From the NCBI GenBank assembly GCA_964016885.1, contig OZ024741.1, forward strand, positions 267,220,001 to 267,284,000: a stretch of 64,000 bases of DNA, in the 5' to 3' direction. This stretch comes from Eledone cirrhosa. Its lineage: Eukaryota. Positions 44,321 through 57,478 of this stretch are shown piece by piece. The notes beneath the pieces are model-generated. The model ran no database searches and was not told the DNA's origin. It saw only the letters and a list, made by a program, of their open reading frames with translations. Position 1 is the first letter of the stretch; the number at the start of each line of letters is the position of its first letter. The translations under genes and the position numbers were made by a program.

Positions 44321-45240
44321 CATCATCATCATCATCATCAACGTTTAACGTCCGTGTTCCACGCTTGCATGGGTTTGGACGGGGGTAGTCCCACTTGAGG
44401 CAAGAGTGATTGTCTTGCTCGCATAGGACTGTCTGGCAGGTTTTCTACAGTTGGATGCCCTTCCTAACACCAACCACATTTACAGTGTGGGTCTGGGAGG
44501 TTTTTACCGTGTTGCCTACACGGCCACATTACAGCGTGGACTGTGTGTTTTTTTGTCGTGACACCTACACGATCTCATTTGTTTCGGCCTCGATGGCGCG
44601 GCACCAACATAACTTTACATAGAACGGGGTGGTGTGGATCGGGTGGGGGTGGTGGTGGTGGGACGGGGTGTATTTTGTTAGAGATGCCTACTGGCTGGAG
44701 TAGGTTTTACTATATATTTAGGTAAGGCGGGTCTTCTCTGTTACTGAGTACCGCCAAAGGTCTCGGTCCAGTGACATTGTCTTGGAGAGGTGTAAGTGTG
44801 TGATGTCGGAGTTTATCAGCTCGTCCCAGGTTTTTCTAGGTCTGCCTATTCCGTGACTACCGTCTATCTTTATTGCCCTGCACTTTGTTATACAGCTATC
44901 GACTTTCATGCGCATCACGTGTCCATACCAACGTAGCCTTCTCTCGAGTAAACAACATCTGATCCCTCTTATCTCTAATTTTTTCCTTAGTTCGTTTATG
45001 CTTTGCCGTTCACGTATATTACTGTTACACATCCAGCGGAGCATGCAAGCTTCGTTCCTCTCTAGTCTGCGTATATCCTCTGCACACAATGCCCAGGTCT
45101 CACTGCCATGCAGCATTGCTGTTCGTATGCAGGCATCGTACAACCTGCCTTTCATTTTTAGTGAGAACCCTTTAGCAGCTAATAGTGGTATAAGCTCTCT
45201 GAACTTTTTCCAACCAGTTCTGACTCTAGCTACAGTACTT
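44319..45240 (-). mobile_element. 5'-truncated RTE LINE (family A)
   Basis: C-terminal ORF, 3' UTR and (GAT)n tail within (TA)n. Confidence 0.92.
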
Positions 45241-45282
45241 ATGTATATATATGTATATATATGTATATATATGTATATATAT

Positions 45283-45330
<48 letters not shown>

Positions 45331-45391
45331 GTATATATGTATATATATATATATATATAAGTATATATATATATGTATATATATATTTAAG

Positions 45392-45438
<47 letters not shown>

Positions 45439-45449
45439 ATATATATATG

Positions 45450-45512
<63 letters not shown>

Positions 45513-45521
45513 GTATATATG

Positions 45522-45552
<31 letters not shown>

Positions 45553-45561
45553 GTATATATG

Positions 45562-45606
<45 letters not shown>

Positions 45607-45665
45607 GTATATATATATATGTATATATATATGTATATATATATATGTATGTAAAAATATATATG

Positions 45666-45732
<67 letters not shown>

Positions 45733-45806
45733 TTATATATGTATATTTATATATGTATATTTATATATGTATATTTATATATGTATATATATATATATGT
45801 ATATGT

Positions 45807-45840
<34 letters not shown>

Positions 45841-45899
45841 GTATATTTATATATGTATATATATATATGTATATTTATATATGTATATATATATATATA

Positions 45900-46037
<138 letters not shown>

Positions 46038-46170
46038 CATAGAAAGTTATATTTAAATTGTTGGGTTAACAACGAGTAAATATTTATAACTGATATAAAA
46101 GCACTCAACAAGTATTTGGAGTATATTTATGATATTAAATAAATGGAAACTATATTTATAAAACCATATT

Positions 46171-46236
46171 TATTTCGTTATATATATTTCAGGGATATCA
46201 TATTAACAATATGTTATGCCTTCTTCAGACAAAATA
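46171..46236 (-). ncRNA. Type I hammerhead ribozyme, homolog of 31879-31941 (element 46041-46725)
   Basis: TATTTTGT-CTGAAGA-AGGcATAaCATATT gtt AATATGaTATcCCT-GAA-ATATATAT-A|ACGAAATA, with compensatory changes in stems I and II. Confidence 0.82.
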
Positions 46237-46723
46237 CAATATAAACAGTCTTATAAATAAATAGATACGACATACCTTTCAATCACCTTGCATTTGGGAG
46301 GTTGATTTGGCAGTAAAAAATATTGTGGACAGTTGTAAAAAGAAAGAAAGAAAGAAAGAAAGAGAAACGAAGAAAAAGAAGAAATGCATGTGACTAAATA
46401 GAGAGATATAGAAAGATAAAGAGAAGAACTTCATGTAAAGAAACAGAGAGAAATATATATAGAGAGAGGAAAAAAGAAAGAGATAGATAGAGATAGATAG
46501 AGAAACTAGGAAGTTGAGTATCGGTTGATACATTTATTTATTTATTTATTTATTTATTTAGCTCTAGTATTAATGTAAAGAGAGATGTATGTAGTTAAGA
46601 GAGAAAATAGCCGTTATATAGAGAGAGAAAAAGAGAAAATGAAAAAGAGAAAATGAAACACAACCAGACATAAACGAGGCAGAATTTAAAACCGGTATGT
46701 TTTATCCCGTAGAAAATATTAGT

Positions 46724-46756
<33 letters not shown>

Positions 46757-46809
46757 GTATATATATGTATATGTATATATATGTATATATATATGTATAT
46801 ATATATATG

Positions 46810-46854
<45 letters not shown>

Positions 46855-46907
46855 GTATATATATATATGTATATATATATATGTATATATATATGTATAT
46901 ATATATG

Positions 46908-46959
<52 letters not shown>

Positions 46960-46972
46960 TGTATATGTATAC

Positions 46973-47025
<53 letters not shown>

Positions 47026-47031
47026 TACATG

Positions 47032-47090
<59 letters not shown>

Positions 47091-47175
47091 GTATATTTAT
47101 ATATGTATATATATATATATATATGTATATTTATATATGTATATATATATATATACTTATATATATATATATATA

Positions 47176-47226
<51 letters not shown>

Positions 47227-47249
47227 TTATATATGTATATATATATACT

Positions 47250-47423
<174 letters not shown>

Positions 47424-47555
47424 CATATATATTTTTACATATCAGAGGAAGGAGCAACCATTGGTGTTAGCATTGCAGGCGACATAGCTAATTTATTCAT
47501 GGTATGGTGGGACAGTAGACTTAAACAAAAACTTAATGAACAATTAGAAGACAGC

Positions 47556-47588
<33 letters not shown>

Positions 47589-47593
47589 GTATA

Positions 47594-47678
<85 letters not shown>

Positions 47679-47679
47679 G

Positions 47680-47786
<107 letters not shown>

Positions 47787-47829
47787 GTATATATATATGT
47801 ATATATATATGTATATGTATATATATATG

Positions 47830-47898
<69 letters not shown>

Positions 47899-47911
47899 GT
47901 ATATATATATG

Positions 47912-47963
<52 letters not shown>

Positions 47964-48003
47964 CATGTATATATATATATACATGTATATATATATATAC
48001 ATG

Positions 48004-48060
<57 letters not shown>

Positions 48061-48131
48061 GTATATTTATATATGTATATATATATATATATATATGTAT
48101 ATTTATATATGTATATATATATATATATACT

Positions 48132-48165
<34 letters not shown>

Positions 48166-48236
48166 TATTTTTACATACATATATATATATACATATATAT
48201 ATACATATATATTTTTACATACATATATATATATAC

Positions 48237-48280
<44 letters not shown>

Positions 48281-48281
48281 T

Positions 48282-48343
<62 letters not shown>

Positions 48344-48420
48344 CATATATATACATATATACATATATACATATATACATATATATACATATATATACAT
48401 ATACATATATATACATATAC

Positions 48421-48465
<45 letters not shown>

Positions 48466-48502
48466 CATATATATATACATATACATATATATATACATAT
48501 AC

Positions 48503-48539
<37 letters not shown>

Positions 48540-48582
48540 CATATTTACATATATATATATACATATATATATATACATATAC

Positions 48583-48617
<35 letters not shown>

Positions 48618-48633
48618 CATATATACATATGCA

Positions 48634-50460
48634 CATGCGGTAGGGGCCAGCATAAAATTAACCCTTAAGGAACATATGTTCAAATTTAATGGTAAAACAT
48701 ATGCCCAAGAGGAAGGAGCAGCCATTGGTGTTAGCATTGCAGGCGACATAGCTAACTTATTCATGGTATGGTGGGACAGTAGACTTAAACAAAAACTTAA
48801 TGAACAATTAGAAGACAGCTTAACCCTGATAATGTACTCCCGCTACGTAGATGATATAAACATCGTAGTTAAGACACCCCCACTAAAGAACAGTCAGGAA
48901 CTAGAGAAAAACACAATGGAAAGCATCCAGCAAATAGCAAACTCCATCCACCAGAGCATTAGAGTTACTATAGACTACCCAAGTAGACACCCCAACCATC
49001 GATTACCTGTACTAGACACAGAGCTTTGGTTAGATACCATTAACAACCAAAAACAAATCCTCCATTCCCATTATGCCAAACCCATGACTTCCAAACATCT
49101 GATCCACCGAAACTCGGCCATTTCGGACCATACCAAAATCAACATACTGATTGCGGATTTGGTACGGGTGATGAGAAATGTGTCCCGCATGTGCAACCCC
49201 GAAGAACTAGAGAGACACATACAACACTTCATCTACCGTATGCAGTTCTCTGGCTACAATCAGAGAGATAGAATCAGAGTGTATAGAGGAGCCAGAACCA
49301 AATGGGAAAAAATGGTAAATAATGACATAAATGGGACCTGCCCCTTGTATAGGAGCAAATTTTGGAATAGAATAGAAAGAACTAGTAACAAGGCCAATAA
49401 AATAAACTCATGGTATGATAGCAATAAATACCAGAGTGTAATGTTCATCAATACAACCCCTAGAGGCGAACTAGCCTACAAATTTAGAAGGGCCCTAAAT
49501 AAACATAACCTCAATATTAAGATAGTAGAAAGACCTGGTACCTCCGTAAAAACACTTATTAGCAAGACATACCCGTTCCAAAGACCCTCATGTATAGATA
49601 AGAAATGTATAACCTGTAAAATAAGCCCCCATATTAACTGTAAAACTAGAAATGTAGTGTATAGCATAAGATGTACTGAAGGACAATGTAGAAACAAAAA
49701 TATAGTGTACATAGGTGAGACAGCTCGTAGTATAGGGGAACGAATAAATGAACACTGGCGAGACCTCCAAGATAATAAAGAATCATCTGTGCTCTACCAA
49801 CATGCTAAGATAGAACACGGGTAGATTAGAGAGCATAGAAATTAAAATAGAATCCACGCACAGAAAAGACGCAATGTTTAGGCAAATTACAGAGGCAGTA
49901 AGCATAAAAGAATTAAAACCAAAATTAAATAGAAAATATGAGTGGAACAGCAACATCACAACTTACAATTAAGGACAAAATGAAAACATACACACACATA
50001 GAACAAACAACTTACAATTGAAAACACACACAAAATGAAAACACACACAGGACAAAATGTAAACACACACACACATAGAACAAACAACCAACCAACAATA
50101 AATAAATAAACAAATAAAAAAATGAACACAAACACACACAGACACCCGGATGTGGCACATGCGCAAACTGAGCACACAACACACACACAGAAACAAAATG
50201 GCGTAGGATAGAAGAAAGAAAAGGCACAGAAACGAAGAAAGGAATCCCCAGTCACTGAAGAGGTCACAGAGTGTGCGACGAAAGGACTATGACTATATAT
50301 ATAAACAACTATCTGGTTGTGGAACCAACCAACCAGAAATTTATAAGTTTGTAGATTTGTAAATTTATAAATTTATAAATATATAATAAATTGAAGTGAA
50401 AGCAACTGGTGCGTGTGTTTCTTATTGGCAACATGACCCTCCCAAAGTATAACAATATAT
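48634..50460 (+). mobile_element. 5'-truncated Penelope-like element 1 (RT + GIY-YIG)
   Basis: [34 protein letters not shown] linker, NVVYSIRC...[16 protein letters not shown]. After a frameshift near 49820 it continues ...PKLNRKYEW. A small duplicate fragment lies at 47441-47556. Confidence 0.9.
50250..50294 (+). ncRNA. Minimal type I hammerhead in the PLE 1 3' terminal repeat
   Basis: AGTCA-CTGAAGA-gGTCaCA...TGcGAC-GAAA-GGAC-TA|TGACT. Confidence 0.68.
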
Positions 50461-50504
50461 ATATATGTATATTTATATATGTATATATATAATATATATA
50501 TAAG

Positions 50505-50536
<32 letters not shown>

Positions 50537-50554
50537 TAAGTATATATATATAAG

Positions 50555-50586
<32 letters not shown>

Positions 50587-50609
50587 TATGTATATTTATA
50601 TATGTATAT

Positions 50610-53578
50610 AGGATAATATAGGATAACTCTGACCTTACAAACGATGAAATTAAGATTATAATAGAAGCTAGGAAAACTATAGTCAAATTTGAGAACAGTT
50701 ATTGGTACGTAAAGATAGACCCTCTAACTTTGACATAACAATGGGCTCTAACGATTCGGCGGAAATAACTGATATTGTGGGGTTATTTATCGCCTTTAGA
50801 CTCCAGGAAAAATTCAGCAATCTCCACGGCGGAATATACCGCGACGATGTTCTCCTCCTAGTTAAAAACCTAAATAACCAAAAACTAGAAAAACTACGCA
50901 AAGATATAAGAAAACTACTACTCGAAATAGGACTAACTATAACATATGAATACAACCTTAAAGTAGTTAACTTCCTGGATGTCACACTCAATTTAAACTC
51001 TGGTCCGATTAAACCGTTTCATAAATTGAATGAAAATCTCAAATACGTAAATGTTGGGTCTAACCACCCCATCTCTATAATTAAATCTATCCCTAAAAAT
51101 ATTTCCCTTAGAATCTCGGGTCTATCTTCTAACATACAAGTATTTAAGGAACACGCCGAATATTACGATAACGCCCTTAGTAAAGCAGGCCACCTCAACA
51201 AAATAGAGTATATAGATGGGAACAATCAAAACACCCAAAATAAATCCCACATAGGTAGATATAATAATACAACACCAAACCACACTTACTACCATAGTAT
51301 GCACACCAGTAAACCAACAAACAAAACTAATAGAAAGCGATGCAAAGAGTACTTATGGTATAACCCCGAATACAATAGTTCCATTAGTACAAATTTACCA
51401 GTACTCTTCTTTAAAATAATTAAGAGACATTTTCCTACATCACACAAATACTACAAAATCCTAAACCCTACCACTATAAGACTGTCATACTCTACAGCAT
51501 TAAACCTTGAACAACACATAAAAAAGATCAATACTAGAAGGTTAAACCTCAATCTAGTTAGAAAAATATAAAAACAATTTCTTCTCAACATATATATGTA
51601 TATTAATAACCTCAAATTACCACACTAATAATGGAAAGATATGCTGATGAGAATAGGTGCAAATATGCGATAATGAATGTGTCTAAAAGCGACCATAAGT
51701 ATGTATATATATGTGAAAATGTATATAAATAAGTAAATATATATATATGTTTGATATGTATAGTTAGATGTAAGTGTATTCATGTATTAAAGTGCTTATA
51801 TATATATATATATATACAACACATAAAAAAGATCAATACTAGAAGGTTAAACAAAAACACTAAAAACTTAAGTACAAAGAACACAAAAAAGACAGTAGAC
51901 AATACACTACAGAACATAAATAAACCACACCTAAGTTCGTCCGCAATACTACTCCAGAGAAAACCCAACGTACACAACTGTAACTGCACCTATCCTGACA
52001 ACTGCCCCCTTGGCAATAACTGCCTGGAAAAAAATATTATTTATAAGTGTACCATTAAATCCGGAGGCAACGAGTGGTATAACGTGGGATCAACGGCAAC
52101 ATCGTTTAAATCTCGATTATATAGGCATTCTTACTCAATAAAACACCAGAGTCAAAGAAATGTAACAACTTTAGCAGAAAAAGCTTGGACGCTCAGGGAT
52201 AGCGATCAAAAGTTTACCCTAAAATGGGAGAAATTAGCTAAAACCCAAAGCTTTTCCAGGAGCCAAAATTTCTGCAAATTGTGTAATCTTGAGATTTATT
52301 ACATAATCACACACAAGAAGAAATTGCTGAATAACAGAATTGAACGAACATTATTTTGCCGTCACCGAACTAAAACCCTTTTTTCCCACTACAAGCCGAA
52401 TATTACATAAAAAGAGGGACATCCCCCCAACTATATAAACCTCAATCTAGTTAGAAAAATATAAAAACAATTTCTTCTCAACATATATATGTATATTAAT
52501 AACCTCAAATTACCACACTAATAATGGAAAGATATGCTGATGAGAATAGGTGCAAATATGCGATAATGAATGTGTCTAAAAGCGACCATAAGTATGTATA
52601 TATATGTGAAAATGTATATAAATAAGTAAATATATATATATGTTTGATATGTATAGTTAGATGTAAGTGTATTCATGTATTAAAGTGCTTATATATATAT
52701 ATATATACAACACATAAAAAAGATCAATACTAGAAGGTTAAACAAAAACACTAAAAACTTAAGTACAAAGAACACAAAAAAAACAGTAGACAATACACTA
52801 CAGAACATAAATAAACCACACCTAAGTTCGTCCGCAATACTACTCCAGAGAAAACCCAACGTACACAACTGTAACTGCACCTATCCTGACAACTGCCCCC
52901 TCGGCAATAACTGCCTGGAAAAAAATATTATTTATAAGTGTACCATTAAATCCGGAGGCAACGAGTGGTATAACGTGGGATCAACGGCAACATCGTTTAA
53001 ATCTCGATTATATAGGCATTCTTACTCAATAAAACACCAGAGTCAAAGAAATGTAACAACTTTAGCAGAAAAAGCTTGGACGCTCAGGGATAGCGATCAA
53101 AAGTTTACCCTAAAATGGGAGAAATTAGCTAAAACCCAAAGCTTTTCCAGGAGCCAAAATTTCTGCAAATTGTGTAATCTTGAGATTTATTACATAATCA
53201 CACACAAGAAGAAATTGCTGAATAACAGAATTGAACGAACATTATTTTGCCGTCACCGAACTAAAACCCTTTTTTCTCACTACAAGCCGAATATTACATA
53301 AAAAGAGGGACATCCCCCCAACTATATAAACCTCAATCTAGTTAGAAAAATATAAAAACAATTTCTTCTCAACATATATATGTATATTAATAACCTCAAA
53401 TTACCACACTAATAATGGAAAGATATGCTGATGAGAATAGGTGCAAATATGCGATAATGAATGTGTCTAAAAGCGACCATAAGTATGTATATATATGTGA
53501 AAATGTATATAAATAAGTAAATATATATATATGTTTGATGTGTATAGTTAGATGTAAGTGTATTCATGTATTAAAGTG

Positions 53579-53590
<12 letters not shown>
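50610..53590 (+). mobile_element. Penelope-like element 2 (probably Naiad-type), rearranged, with tandem 3' modules
   Basis: FDITMGSNDSAEI, GIYRDD and VNFLDV RT motifs. CNC...CP...C linker, NIIYKC...VGSTATSFKSRLYRH, CKLC and CRH in two ~890-bp tandem units (51818-52707, 52708-53590). Confidence 0.85.
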
Positions 53591-53624
<34 letters not shown>

Positions 53625-54217
53625 TATATATATATATGTATGTGTATATATATATGTGTGTATATGTAGATATATATGTATATGTATATATATACACATA
53701 GACTAGAGTATGTATGTATATATGTGTGTGTCTATACGTGTGTATATAAAGATAAGTTGAGTATGAAAATGTACACACGTGAACGCGTATGTATGTACAT
53801 GAATACATGTGTGTATATGTATATGTATGCATGTGTATATGTATGTAAGTATGAACATGTTACTATGTGAATGTGAGTATATGTATTTGTAGAGGGGTGC
53901 AAATATGTTTGTGTGAGAATGCGTGGGTGAAAGGATACGTACACTGGAAAGAAAAAATTTAAGTCTGAATGTTAATTAAGTGCAAACACAAAACCAACCA
54001 CGCATATCTTTACTATCTCTAATCCCTCTATAGATTTAGAAAAATAACCAATAATATATTCTATAAAAATGTCAAAACAACAGATGGGAATCTAATTACT
54101 CACTGCCACCAAAAATTCTCAATGCTATCAAAAAACCACTCCCTCAACTATTCTTCTAACAACTTCACCCCTCTCTCCTAATATTCTCTATAAAAACCAA
54201 ACAGGTCCTCAGTAATA

Positions 54218-54337
54218 TTATTCTGATGAAATGACAGTAAATAATAACATTGAAATATTGATTGTCTGCATAACTAATACTTTGTAGATAGCAGCTGTTT
54301 TAGGTTATGTAACTGTTATAGAAACACGTGTCAATAA
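54218..54337 (+). ncRNA. Type I hammerhead ribozyme with ~91-nt branched stem II
   Basis: TTATT-CTGATGA-aATGACAGT...ACTGTTATa-GAA-ACACGTGT-C|AATAA, with an internal TCTGCA/TGTAGA helix. Confidence 0.78.
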
Positions 54338-54484
54338 ATTCCTTTCAACTAAACTGTGTCCATTCAAATCTTTCTATTTTTCTCCGGATTACTTTTGGAA
54401 CTACAACTGGAACCGTCGAGCAAACTCTACGTGAGCTGTCAATCTACTGTGTGTAATATTTATATTACAACACAACGGAAAATA

Positions 54485-54515
<31 letters not shown>

Positions 54516-54526
54516 AGTATATATAT

Positions 54527-55077
54527 ATATTGTTATACTTTGGGAGGGTCATGTTGCCAATAAGAAACACACGCACCAGTTGCTTTCACTCAATTTAATT
54601 TATTAAATATTTATAAATTTACAAATTTATAAATTTCTGGTTGGTTGGTTGGTTCCACAACCAGATAGTTGTTTATATATATATAGTCATAGTTCTTTCG
54701 TCACACACTCTGTGACCTCTTCAGTGACTGGGGATTTCTTTCTTCGTTTCTGTGCCTTTCCTTTCTTCTATCCTACGCCATTTTTCTGTGCCTTTCCTTT
54801 CTTCTATCCTACGCCAACAAAATGGCGTAGGATAGAAGAAAGGAAAGGCACAGAAACAAAGAAAGAAATCCCCAGTCACTGAAGAGGTCACAGAGTGTGT
54901 GACGAAAGAACTATGACTATATATATATAAACAACTATCTGGTTGTGGAACCAACCAACCAACCAGAAATTTATAAATTTGTAAATTTATAAATATTTAA
55001 TAAATTAAATTGAAGTGAAAGCAACTGGTGCGTGTGTTTCTTATTGGCAACATGACCCTCCCAAAGTATAACAATAT
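54527..55077. repeat. Fold-back palindrome of the PLE 1 terminal repeat, with hammerheads at 54685-54729 (-) and 54874-54918 (+)
   Basis: Arms of about 255 bp are reverse complements and match 50190-50460. Confidence 0.88.
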
Positions 55078-55122
55078 ATATATATGTATATTTATATATG
55101 TATATATATATATATATATAAG

Positions 55123-55154
<32 letters not shown>

Positions 55155-55257
55155 TAAGTATATATATATAAGTATATATATGTATATATATATATAACAA
55201 TATCGGTTTCAACACACGATTTCAGATAAAGAATCTTGCTAAACAAATTCAGAAACG

Positions 55258-55378
<121 letters not shown>

Positions 55379-55446
55379 TATATATATATATATATATATA
55401 TAAGTATATATATATATATATATATATATAAGTATATATATATAAG

Positions 55447-55478
<32 letters not shown>

Positions 55479-55485
55479 TATATAA

Positions 55486-55520
<35 letters not shown>

Positions 55521-55526
55521 TATATA

Positions 55527-55594
<68 letters not shown>

Positions 55595-55606
55595 TGTATA
55601 TATATG

Positions 55607-55669
<63 letters not shown>

Positions 55670-56094
55670 GTATATATAAGTATATATATATAAGTATATA
55701 TATATAAGTATATATATATATGTATATATAAGTATATATATATATGTATATATATATATGTATATTTATATATGTATATATATTATATATATATGTATAT
55801 TTATATATGTATATATATTATATATATATGTATATTTATATATGTATATATATATATATATGTATATTTATATATGTATATATATATTTATATATGTATA
55901 TATATATATATATATGTATATTTATATATGTATATATATATTTATATATGTATATATATATATATATGTATATTTATATATGTATATATATATTTATATA
56001 TGTATATATATATATATGTATATTTATATATGTATATATATATATATATGTATATTTATATATGTATATATATATATATATGTATATTTATATA

Positions 56095-56248
<154 letters not shown>

Positions 56249-56314
56249 CATATATAAATATACATATATATATATATATAAACAACGTAATATGAAATGA
56301 TGATGATGATGATG

Positions 56315-56344
<30 letters not shown>

Positions 56345-56350
<6 letters not shown>

Positions 56351-56692
56351 CATCATCATCATCATCATTTCATTTTACGTCCGCTTTTCCCTGCTTGCAA
56401 GGGTGGGACGGGAACTGATTCTGGCTTGATTTCTACAGCTGGATGCCCTTCCTAACACCAACCTCATTTACAGTGAGTGCTGGGTGCTTTTTTTCCATGG
56501 CACCTCCATGACCACTCTACAGTGGAATGATATGGACCCCAGTCCTATCATCTCATTTCTACAGCTGAGTAAACTGGAGCAATGTGAAATAAAGTACCTT
56601 GCTCAAGGAAACAACACATCACCCAGTCTGAGAATTGAACTCACAACCTTTCGATTGCAAGGCCAATGCTCTAACCACTAAGCCATGTGCCT
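56345..56692 (-). mobile_element. CORE-like SINE with an RTE family B 3' tail
   Basis: tRNA-like head and CORE-like segment; ends CCCGTCCCACCCTTGCAAGCAGGGAAAAGCGGACGTAAAATGA, as at 59737-59778. Confidence 0.85.
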
Positions 56693-56753
56693 ATGTATAT
56701 TTATATATGTATATATATATATATATATGTATATTTATATATATATATATTTA

Positions 56754-56794
<41 letters not shown>

Positions 56795-57017
56795 TTATAT
56801 ATGTATATATATATATATATATATATGTATATTTATATATGTATATATATATATATATATATATGTATATTTATATATGTATATATATATATATGTATAT
56901 TTATATATGTATATATATATATATGTATATTTATATATGTATATATATATATATGTATATTTATATATATATATATGTATATTTATATATGTATATATAT
57001 ATATATATATATATAAG

Positions 57018-57049
<32 letters not shown>

Positions 57050-57053
57050 TAAG

Positions 57054-57084
<31 letters not shown>

Positions 57085-57478
57085 GTATATTTATATATGT
57101 ATATATATATATATATATATGTATATTTATATATGTATATATATATATATATGTATATTTATATATGTATATATATATATATATGTATATTTATATATGT
57201 ATATATATATATATATGTATATTTATATATGTATATATATATATATATGTATATTTATATATGTATATATATATATATATGTATATTTATATATGTATAT
57301 ATATATATATATGTATATTTATATATGTATATATATATATATATGTATATTTGTATATATATATATATATGTATATTTATATATGTATATTTATATATGT
57401 ATATATATATATGTATATATATATATATGTATATTTATATATGTATATATAAGTATATATATATATGTATATATATAT

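Noticed and set aside
51638-51683. CTGATGA / SECIS-like ATGA...AAA...TGA in the PLE 2 3' UTR
   Set aside because: No hammerhead closure, poor helix II pairing, and no in-frame TGA in the visible ORFs.
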